Shown here: piece by piece, positions 7,796 to 14,891 of the stretch
Position numbering within the stretch: the first letter of the stretch is position 1
Layout: the number at the start of each line of letters is the position of its first letter
Origin: Bdellovibrionales bacterium
GTDB taxonomy: Bacteria > Bdellovibrionota > Bdellovibrionia > Bdellovibrionales > UBA840
Assembly: GCA_037969075.1 (NCBI GenBank)
Contig: JBBKWS010000207.1
Span: 1 to 14,891, forward strand
DNA length: 14,891 nucleotides
Reading direction: 5' to 3'
The notes under the pieces: model-generated
Databases searched by the model: none
Told to the model about the DNA's origin: nothing
The model's input: only the letters and a program-made list of their open reading frames with translations
Position numbers and translations under genes: made by a program

Positions 7796-8436
7796 TTTTT
7801 AGTAGATTCCCAGTCTTTTAAAAACTGCTCAATACCTTTGTCGGTAAGTGGGTGATTACAAAGCTGCTGCATCACTTTATAAGGTATTGTGCTGACGTGG
7901 GCGCCCATCAAGGCCGCTTCTAATATATGTGTAGGATTTCTAACACTGGCCACCAAGACCTCTGTCTTGAAGTTGTAGTTACGATAGATCTCTACAATTT
8001 GCGCAATCAAATCCATCCCGTTATTCCCAATGTCATCTAGTCTTCCTACAAAAGGAGAACAAAATGTCGCGCCAGCCTTAGCAACTAAAAGCGCTTGGAT
8101 TGGAGAGAAAACAAGTGTGACGTTTGTTTTTATACCATCAGCCGAAAATCTACGGGTAGCAACCAAGCCCTCTTCTGTCATAGGAACCTTAATCACAACA
8201 TTTTCTGCAATCTTAGCTAACTCTAAACCTTCTTTATACATGCCATCTGCTTCTAAACTGATGACCTCAGCGCTAACCGGACCCTTGACCATGGAAGAAA
8301 TTTCTTTAATTACCTCCATAAAGTCCCTACCACTCTTCGCGATAAGCGTTGGATTTGTTGTTACACCATCCACCCAACCTCGTTGATGTGCTTTTTTGAT
8401 TTCTTCTATTTCTGCGGAATCTATGAAAAACTTCAT
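7792..8436 (-). CDS. tal: Transaldolase (short FSA/TalC-type family)
   Basis: [21 protein letters not shown] (Schiff-base Lys), [20 protein letters not shown]. Glu in SAEV and Phe in SPF indicate transaldolase rather than fructose-6-phosphate aldolase (Gln/Tyr). AGGAG RBS. Confidence 0.93.
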   Translation of the reverse strand: MKFFIDSAEIEEIKKAHQRGWVDGVTTNPTLIAKSGRDFMEVIKEISSMVKGPVSAEVISLEADGMYKEGLELAKIAENVVIKVPMTEEGLVATRRFSADGIKTNVTLVFSPIQALLVAKAGATFCSPFVGRLDDIGNNGMDLIAQIVEIYRNYNFKTEVLVASVRNPTHILEAALMGAHVSTIPYKVMQQLCNHPLTDKGIEQFLKDWESTKK

Positions 8437-8474
8437 AACTAGCTCCTGTTTGGCTGGAAGATACCCCGATTCAC

Positions 8475-9002
8475 TTAGCTTGTAAAATCCGCGAGGTTTT
8501 TGCTCTGCGCATAAAAGTGAACTTTACCCCTATATTTATCCAAAGACTCTATTTGTAGCAGGGTCTTCTCGAGAATAGGGTGCTCATAGCCGGGTAAAAT
8601 CTCAGTCGCTGGCACTAAAAACTCTGCCTTTTGATGCAATTCGGGATGTGGCAAAGTCAGGGTGGGTAGCATTAAGGTCTCTTCTTCGTGACAAAGTAGC
8701 TCAAGCTGAACAAATTCTTTTTCTAATTTTATATTTTCTTGCCGCTCGATTCGCTTAACGGCTGCATGCAAGTCTTTTGGATCACCGACATACAAAACAT
8801 AAGCAGCGTAACAAAGACTTTGCCCCATAAAAGTCACCGCCTCAGTGTGCTGATGACTTTCTGTGAAATCACTTTTAACTTCATATATCGAAGACGACCT
8901 TTGAATGGTCGCCACCTTAGCAATCTCTTTTTGTATCGCCTGTAACTGATTTAAATTTTTTGCGCCGTTGTGTACGACAGCAAGCAGTACTCCTCGTTCC
9001 AC
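8475..9002 (-). CDS. folK: FolK/HPPK-like protein with degenerate active-site motifs
   Basis: HPPK hallmarks SSSIYE, KRIE and [20 protein letters not shown]...HP are present. GSN, FLN, RWGPR and DLDIL motifs are altered or absent. GTG start 1 nt after the dapB stop. Confidence 0.75.
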   Translation of the reverse strand: MERGVLLAVVHNGAKNLNQLQAIQKEIAKVATIQRSSSIYEVKSDFTESHQHTEAVTFMGQSLCYAAYVLYVGDPKDLHAAVKRIERQENIKLEKEFVQLELLCHEEETLMLPTLTLPHPELHQKAEFLVPATEILPGYEHPILEKTLLQIESLDKYRGKVHFYAQSKNLADFTS

Positions 9003-9003
9003 C

Positions 9004-9663
9004 TTAACCCTTTAACACATCAGACATAGTATATAACCCTACGCCCTTCTTAGTTAAAAACTTTGCTGCGTTAACTGCGCCCTCTCCAAAGAGTCGTCTC
9101 GATAGAGCTGTGTGCTGTATAGTTATTGTTTCTGAGGGGCCCATTATATGAATTGTGTGTTCGCCATAAATCCCGCCACCGCGTATAGCCGTGCAATCAG
9201 CTATGTTTTTTCCAAGCTCCTCCTCTAAATCTTTTTTAAGAACAAGGGCTGTTCCTGAAGGGGCATCTTTTTTGTGGATATGATGGCTTTCAGATATATG
9301 AAAATCCCAATCTTTTATTTCTTTAAGACTAGCAAGCATATTCTTTACTACCTGTATGCCCAGGCTTGTATTGGCGGCCCACAAAACTGGGATCACCTTA
9401 CTTGCCTCTTTTAAATCCCTGTGTTGGTCCGCGCTTAAACCTGTTGTGCCTGACACAAGTGCTATTTTAGATGCAAGACACTGCTTTAACACCTTAGAAA
9501 ATGTATCGGGAGAAGAAAAATCTATAACGACTTCGGCATTGCTATCTAATACTATTTCGTCTTTACTAGAAAAACCCTTTACACACACATCTCCAAATGT
9601 CTTGGCAATATCTAGTATTTCTTTTCCCATTCTGCCTGTGCTACCGATTAAATAAAACCTCAT
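9004..9663 (-). CDS. dapB: 4-hydroxy-tetrahydrodipicolinate reductase
   Basis: GSTGRMG nucleotide-binding motif, VIDFS, VSGTTG, ESHHIHKKDAPSGTA; ATGA overlap with dapA. Confidence 0.97.
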   Translation of the reverse strand: MRFYLIGSTGRMGKEILDIAKTFGDVCVKGFSSKDEIVLDSNAEVVIDFSSPDTFSKVLKQCLASKIALVSGTTGLSADQHRDLKEASKVIPVLWAANTSLGIQVVKNMLASLKEIKDWDFHISESHHIHKKDAPSGTALVLKKDLEEELGKNIADCTAIRGGGIYGEHTIHIMGPSETITIQHTALSRRLFGEGAVNAAKFLTKKGVGLYTMSDVLKG

Positions 9664-10538
9664 ACTAGCTCTAACCTTTCAAGTTCATGATCAATTTCTT
9701 TTGTTAACGCGCTAGTGGCTTTCACTAAAGGAAGTCTTAATTCATCAGACTCTATAATTCCCATTTTTTTTAAAATGTATTTCACCGGTGCAGGGTTTGG
9801 TTCTTTAAATAATAAGTTAGTTAAGCCTTCGTACCTACCAAAATCTTTCGTTGCCCCAGCATCCTTGTCTATAGCTTTACGCAAAAGATCAACTGTCTGT
9901 TTTGGTATGACATGTGATAACACCGAAATACATCCCACACCACCAAGCATTGCCTGTTGTAAGAATGTTCCATCATCTCCGCTTAAAAGTGAAAAATCAG
10001 AAGATACCTTACCAAAAATATCCTCAGCGAGCTTCATGTCTCCGCTCGCTTCTTTAATGCCAACTATATTTTTATTTTTACTTAATGCTTCGCAAGTAGC
10101 GGCTGTCATCGATGTGACTGTTCTTGATGGTACGTTGTACAATATTATTGGTAGCCCGCCCGCATCGGCAACAGCGGTAAAGTGTTGCAACAAACCTTCT
10201 TGCGTTGGCTTGTTATAATATGGAACCACCACAAGAGCTGCGTCTGCCCCTAGCGTCTTAGCTTTTAGTGTGTCCTTAATAGTTTTTTGCGTAGAGTTTG
10301 ACCCCGTTCCTAATATTAGCGGAAATCCTTTAGGCACCTGTTTTTTTATTGCCATGAATATTTCTTCAACCTCACTAGATTCAAGGGTAGGGCTTTCTGC
10401 GGTAGTTCCATTTACAACAAAACCCTGAACGCCGCCCGAGAGCTGTGAGGTCACTAGAGTTTTTAGTGAACTAAAATCCACTTTTTGATTTTTAAACGGG
10501 GTTATCAACGCTGTGATTATTCCACTTGGTTTATACAT
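9660..10538 (-). CDS. dapA: 4-hydroxy-tetrahydrodipicolinate synthase
   Basis: ALITPF, GTTAES, PYYNKP, LYNVPSRT, GIKEASG, LSGDD. Start moved to the ATG at 10538 (GAGGAG RBS, overlaps the dapF stop). Confidence 0.97.
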   Translation of the reverse strand: MYKPSGIITALITPFKNQKVDFSSLKTLVTSQLSGGVQGFVVNGTTAESPTLESSEVEEIFMAIKKQVPKGFPLILGTGSNSTQKTIKDTLKAKTLGADAALVVVPYYNKPTQEGLLQHFTAVADAGGLPIILYNVPSRTVTSMTAATCEALSKNKNIVGIKEASGDMKLAEDIFGKVSSDFSLLSGDDGTFLQQAMLGGVGCISVLSHVIPKQTVDLLRKAIDKDAGATKDFGRYEGLTNLLFKEPNPAPVKYILKKMGIIESDELRLPLVKATSALTKEIDHELERLELV

Positions 10539-11286
10539 AATATTCTCCTCGACAAATAGTTTCGGCGCCACCGACTAAAAGTATTTTTTTGCCCTCGATC
10601 TTCACAACAAGATCGCCACCTGGCATGGCAATTTTAATAGTATTCTGTTTTATTTGCTGATGAATAGATATACCACAAGCCACAGCCCCTGTGCCACAAG
10701 CCAAAGTAAAACCTTCCACGCCTCGCTCAAAAGTTTTTGCCTTATAATGACCGGACGAATCTAAATAATAAAAACTAACATTCGCACCAAATTCACCCGC
10801 AACTTTATGCCAGCGGTATTCTTTAATGTATGAAAAAACATCCTCATCTCTGTGTAACCTGACCACAAAATGAGGCACTCCTGTATTTACAAAAATAACG
10901 TTTTCGTCTATCGTTTGTAGATCTTTATAGTCTGGCATTTCAACTGCAAATAAGTCTCCGTCTTTACTTACTTTAATATGGCCAGCACCAGTTTCAAGCA
11001 GAGCGCTCGTTAAATGGTGCTGTTTATAGAGATGTTTTGCCACGCACCTAGCTGCATTTCCGCACATAGCCGCAAAAGACCCATCCGTATTAAAAAAATC
11101 CCACGCTAGTATGTCGGCGTCTTTTTTTAAAATCACCAGCCCGTCAGCACCAACACCATAGTGTCTGTCGCAAATTTTTTTACTAAGCTCTGTTGCAGAC
11201 TCAATTTTTATTTCTGAAGATATGTTGTCGATGATAATAAAGTCATTGCCGGCGCCCTGATATTTAAAAAAATTAATTTTCACCAT
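10531..11286 (-). CDS. dapF: Diaminopimelate epimerase
   Basis: KYQGAGNDF, GADG, MCGNAARC, TGVPH and ERGV..TLACGTG, with both catalytic Cys. Start moved to the ATG at 11286 (MVKINFFKY). Confidence 0.96.
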   Translation of the reverse strand: MVKINFFKYQGAGNDFIIIDNISSEIKIESATELSKKICDRHYGVGADGLVILKKDADILAWDFFNTDGSFAAMCGNAARCVAKHLYKQHHLTSALLETGAGHIKVSKDGDLFAVEMPDYKDLQTIDENVIFVNTGVPHFVVRLHRDEDVFSYIKEYRWHKVAGEFGANVSFYYLDSSGHYKAKTFERGVEGFTLACGTGAVACGISIHQQIKQNTIKIAMPGGDLVVKIEGKKILLVGGAETICRGEYYV

Positions 11287-11416
11287 CAGTGGCCTTTTTC
11301 TTCTTATGCATATCATTGCCCCAATCAAAAGGTTTTGTCGGTGGAACCGGGTCACCCTTTATTCCGCAAGAAATAAACAGAAAAACTGCTGCAAGACTAA
11401 TTAATACGATTTTCAT
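11273..11416 (-). CDS. Small lipoprotein, LptM (YifL/LppL)-like, 47 aa
   Basis: Below the ORF-track cutoff. Translation MKIVLISLAAVFLFISCGIKGDPVPPTKPFDWGNDMHKKKKATDGEN. ATGA overlap with the TPR gene stop, 14-bp overlap with dapF, lipobox followed by CGxKG..PP. Confidence 0.85.
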   Translation of the reverse strand: MKIVLISLAAVFLFISCGIKGDPVPPTKPFDWGNDMHKKKKATDGEN

Positions 11417-12186
11417 TCGGCATCCTTATTCTTACAGGAATATACCAAGTTTTTAACCTGGGGCAATGTCGAAGAGGGAGAATTACATATTTCTTTATAC
11501 TTTTCTTGGTCAGTAGCAGCCTCTTGTCCAAGGGCCTTTTGAGATTCGTAACGAAACCAATATATTTCACTAAAATCGGGATGCTTTTTTATCGCTGCTT
11601 CAGATTCTTTCATAAGCTTTGCGTAGTCTTTGCTGGTGTAGTGCGTGGCCAAGGTTACATATGTTTTAATGATCGGATCTTCAGCGGCGGCCAACTGGCT
11701 CGCTGTGAGCTGTAGGCTTACATTTTTACAAACCTTGGATTGAGCTAATAAAAATATATTTGGTTCATACCACGGATGAGCAATTAAAGAGGATTCTAGT
11801 TGTGAGCTAGCGGCATCGCATTCGCCAATTAATATTTGCAACCTCGCTATTCTTGATTCTATCAATACGTTTCCTACTTCAATTTTCAACGCTTCTCTGT
11901 AAATTTCTATAGCTTGCTTAGGGTCAGCGCTTGCTAGGGATTCTGCTGTTTCAAATAGTTGTTGCCCTTTTTCAGTGAAAAGCATTTCCCCCATTTGATC
12001 CATGGTTGCTATCAGTTTTTTGAGCGCCACCTTGTTTTTATTTTCTTTTTCTATTGAAAAATGTAAAACCTGTAAGGATTTCTCGCGATCTCGCTGTAGG
12101 GCAAGTGTCTGCGCTTTTTTTATAATATCTTCGTGGTTTTCTTGTATCGTACCGCTAAAGGCCAATAGCATAAGTATAAATATCAT
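11413..12186 (-). CDS. Exported tetratricopeptide-repeat-like protein
   Basis: Hydrophobic N-terminus; helical TPR-like patterns such as AIEIYREALKIEVGN and EAAIKKHPDFSEIYW. Confidence 0.7.
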   Translation of the reverse strand: MIFILMLLAFSGTIQENHEDIIKKAQTLALQRDREKSLQVLHFSIEKENKNKVALKKLIATMDQMGEMLFTEKGQQLFETAESLASADPKQAIEIYREALKIEVGNVLIESRIARLQILIGECDAASSQLESSLIAHPWYEPNIFLLAQSKVCKNVSLQLTASQLAAAEDPIIKTYVTLATHYTSKDYAKLMKESEAAIKKHPDFSEIYWFRYESQKALGQEAATDQEKYKEICNSPSSTLPQVKNLVYSCKNKDAE

Positions 12187-12221
12187 GTACCTATTTTATG
12201 CCACGGATGCTTCTCGTCAAG

Positions 12222-14558
12222 CTAAGGATTTGGTGTTTTATGAATCAGAACTTCTCTTGGCTTACTTCCATTTGGTGGTCCAACGACACCTTCTGCCTCA
12301 AATACCTCTATCATCCTTGCTGCCCTTGGATATCCCAATCTAAATTTTCTTTGTAAAAGTGAGGCGCTAACGCCTTTTTGTGTCGCGATCCAAGTTAAAA
12401 TCTCTTGATATCTATCATCTGACTCTGGATCTACATCGTCCCCACTCATATCGGATGGATCTAAACTCATTAGTCCGCCGCTTCCTTCCATCATTTTTAG
12501 AGCGTCCGCTTCAAAGTTTGGTTCAGATTGTGCTGCCCAAAAATTCATAATGTCATTAATCTCTTTTTCTGAAAGCCAAGGCCCGTGATGACGTTGCGGC
12601 TTAACTACTCCTGGAGCTAGATACAACATATCCCCTCTTGCTAATAGCCTCTCTGCTCCGCCCTCATCTAAAATAATACGGCTATCCATTTTTGAGGCCA
12701 CCTTAAATGAAATTCGGCCCGGGATGTTTGTTTTAATTAAACCCGTCACAACATCTTTTCTTGGTGACTGCATTGCTAAGATCAGGTGCATGCCGCTGGC
12801 TCTAGCCATCTGAGCTAGACGAACCACAAGAGATTCCACGTTTCCTTTATCAACCGTCATCAGGTCGGCAAACTCTTCAATTACAATAACTATGTAGGGC
12901 AATTGTTGAAAGTGGTATGTCTCGTGTTGTTTATTTGCTTCTATAAGTTCATCATTGATTTGCTGATGCTCTTCTAGCTGTTCAGTGCTTAAGGCCTTAA
13001 TTTTTTCGTTATATTCTTCTAGGTTTCTAGCGCCAAACTTCGACATAGAGCGATAGCGTTTTTCCATTTCTTTAACAGACCATTTTAACGCCACCACTGC
13101 TTTTCTAGCTTCGCAAATTGGTGGCATCAAGAGATGCGGCACTTTATGAAAGGCAGCCAAATCCACTTGCTTTGGATCAACAACAATTAATCTCAAGGTT
13201 TTTGGCGAGTGTTTAAATAAAAGTCCCGTTAGACAAGACACTACAAACACTGATTTTCCCGAGCCTGTACTACCGGCAACCATCAAATGTGGCATTTTTC
13301 TTAAGTCAACGACTTGAGGTTCACCGTTTGCTTGCTTTCCAAGTGCTAGCGGCAACGCCTTGTCTTCTGACCAAAACTCTTCATCTGCCACAATTTCTTT
13401 TAGGTATACCGTTTCTCTTCTGCTATTTGAAGTCTCTATTCCGACTACATCTCTACCGGGAATTGGCGCGATGATACGTACTGATTCAGAGCTAAGTGCT
13501 AACGACAAGTCATCAGCCAAATCTGTAATTTTTGAAATCTTAACGTCAACATTAGGCTTATACTCAAAAAGGGTTACAGCAGGCCCAGGCAGAACGCCTA
13601 CTACTTTTCCATTTACCGAAAACTGTTTTAATTTATCTTCTAATAACGCCGTTTTTCGCTTAATTTCAGCTGGATCTACCTTAATCGCAGTATCTGGGGG
13701 GTCTTCTAACATCTTTATATTAGGTAATTCCCAGTTTTCCACATTTCTTGATATCTTCCTCTTCATTATCACTTTGCGCTTTTTAAGTGGCTGCATATCC
13801 TGTGCACTTGGTGGTAAGTAATTTTCTGTTTCAATTATTTCTTCACTAGCGTCCATGTTTTCAATAAATAAGGTTTTATTCTCACTTATAGCCACATCTT
13901 TACTACGAATGTTTTGTGCTACCTCGGCCGCTTGTCTCTTTTGACCAACTATTTGCATTAAGCGACGTGCTTTCCACCAAACAATAAGTTTGTCTCGCGT
14001 ACGACCATATAGTGCCATATAGGCCTTCTGTGGGTGTTTGTAAAAAAAGCTAAGTGGTTTTTGAAACTGCAGAAGTGTAAATACCACAGTAGAGGCCCAC
14101 AAGATCACGGCAACACCAGTTGAATTAAAAACTCTAATGAGAGATTGAGATATTATATTCCCTAGGACACCGCTCCAGTAAATCTGGCCCTGATAAATTT
14201 TACTGTTTTCTGTATATAGTGCAATGAGGGAGGCATAAGACAAAACAAACAAAACGGATATCACATGCTCAACCATGGGTTTTTCGCGAATCTTGCCACT
14301 AAATATCGTAAATGACTTGTGGCCCAACGCTAGGACTAGTAGCCAAGAGCAAACCCCGACGCTTTGAAATAAAATATCTGCCAAGAAACTACCGAAGTAC
14401 CCACAAAAATTATGAACTTTTTGAAAATCTGCGCCTATACTATTAAATGAAGGGTCTTCTGGGTGAAAGCTTATTAGAGATAGGCCTATAAAGACTGCCA
14501 GTGCTAACCAGAGTACGCCAAATATATCATTTTTAAATTTTTTGAGTAGTTGTGACAT
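12222..14558 (-). CDS. ftsK: DNA translocase FtsK
   Basis: N-terminal TM domain, alpha domain (PGPAVTLFE, RIIAPIPG), Walker A GSTGSGKS, DPK, RLAQMARASGMH, and gamma domain SLLQRKFRLGYPRAAR. Confidence 0.97.
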   Translation of the reverse strand: MSQLLKKFKNDIFGVLWLALAVFIGLSLISFHPEDPSFNSIGADFQKVHNFCGYFGSFLADILFQSVGVCSWLLVLALGHKSFTIFSGKIREKPMVEHVISVLFVLSYASLIALYTENSKIYQGQIYWSGVLGNIISQSLIRVFNSTGVAVILWASTVVFTLLQFQKPLSFFYKHPQKAYMALYGRTRDKLIVWWKARRLMQIVGQKRQAAEVAQNIRSKDVAISENKTLFIENMDASEEIIETENYLPPSAQDMQPLKKRKVIMKRKISRNVENWELPNIKMLEDPPDTAIKVDPAEIKRKTALLEDKLKQFSVNGKVVGVLPGPAVTLFEYKPNVDVKISKITDLADDLSLALSSESVRIIAPIPGRDVVGIETSNSRRETVYLKEIVADEEFWSEDKALPLALGKQANGEPQVVDLRKMPHLMVAGSTGSGKSVFVVSCLTGLLFKHSPKTLRLIVVDPKQVDLAAFHKVPHLLMPPICEARKAVVALKWSVKEMEKRYRSMSKFGARNLEEYNEKIKALSTEQLEEHQQINDELIEANKQHETYHFQQLPYIVIVIEEFADLMTVDKGNVESLVVRLAQMARASGMHLILAMQSPRKDVVTGLIKTNIPGRISFKVASKMDSRIILDEGGAERLLARGDMLYLAPGVVKPQRHHGPWLSEKEINDIMNFWAAQSEPNFEADALKMMEGSGGLMSLDPSDMSGDDVDPESDDRYQEILTWIATQKGVSASLLQRKFRLGYPRAARMIEVFEAEGVVGPPNGSKPREVLIHKTPNP

Positions 14559-14797
14559 ATGAAAAGTTTACGTAACTACCAAAGAAAGAGCCAGTCCTAT
14601 AGTATTTACGTTGAACCTAAGTCTAGCGCCTAGTGTTTTAAAGGAAATCAACTGTTTTCTTATAAACTGACACATGTGATTGGGTGCTGCAGAAAAAATA
14701 TTTTTTTTACAAACAAGCTTGATCTTATGACAGCTTCTGTATATCAAATAGCCAATTCAACAATCAGTAACCCACATATCAAAAAGAGAAGGTATAG

Positions 14798-14891
14798 ATG
14801 AGTACAATTTTAGGAAACCAATCAAACAATCTTTTTGTAGCTAATCTTCAAAACGTAAGCCTTGAAAAGCTAGTTAAGAGCAAGCTAGAAG
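14798..14891 (+). CDS. 5' end of a probable Fis-family transcriptional regulator (truncated by the window edge)
   Basis: GAAGG RBS, then an open frame MSTILGNQSNNLFVANLQNVSLEKLVKSKLE to the edge. It resembles the first helix region of Fis-like proteins as I recall them from Bdellovibrio. The HTH is outside the window. Confidence 0.55.
   Translation, partial: MSTILGNQSNNLFVANLQNVSLEKLVKSKLE

Noticed and set aside
7792..8436. Fructose-6-phosphate aldolase (fsa) assignment
   Set aside because: The diagnostic residues are Glu and Phe (transaldolase type), not Gln and Tyr.
2325..11355. Longer ORF-track starts at 2372 (GYF-PilZ), 10571 (dapA) and 11355 (dapF)
   Set aside because: Downstream ATGs fit the RBS or family N-termini better. 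The extensions overlap a promoter, dapF and the small lipoprotein gene respectively.
90..13821. Alternative ORFs in the track (90-332, 388-777, 527-715, 1444-1710, 3829-4059, 4461-4649, 5365-5826, 8030-8386, 8739-8945, 9356-9655, 9715-10218, 11506-11715, 12002-12343, 13289-13474, 13360-13821)
   Set aside because: They are antisense or off-frame shadows of well-supported genes, with no recognisable motifs.
14719..14747. Possible sigma70 promoter TTGATC-N17-TATCAA before the Fis-like gene
   Set aside because: Plausible, but too degenerate to support without TSS data.
1..14891. CRISPR arrays, tRNA/rRNA, riboswitches, IS or prophage genes, defence systems, parS/dif sites
   Set aside because: I saw no repeat-spacer pattern, transposase, integrase or nuclease motif, or convincing site match, and intergenic gaps are short. 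A covariance-model scan would be needed to exclude small RNAs.

Overview
Bacterial chromosomal window, AT-rich by eye, whose gene content looks like Bdellovibrionota (inference from the Agl-type TolQ/TolR/TolR set, a GYF-PilZ protein, a VWA lipoprotein and a Fis-like N-terminus). The left part (1-5110) looks like a motility/envelope module. On the minus strand, a tandem-GYF plus PilZ gene with a sigma28-like promoter precedes an AglRQS-like proton-channel motor. Divergent from it on the plus strand are a MIDAS-containing VWA lipoprotein and an SLT lytic transglycosylase with a sigma54-like promoter. The right part (5097-14558) is a tightly packed minus-strand run: ftsK, TPR protein, a 47-aa LptM/YifL-like lipoprotein missed by the ORF track, dapF, dapA, dapB, a catalytically degenerate folK-like gene, transaldolase, a lipoprotein and a 725-aa exported hypothetical protein. 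A probable Fis-family gene starts at the right edge. I found no rRNA, tRNA, CRISPR array or mobile element. All family calls come from reading motifs by eye; no searches were run.
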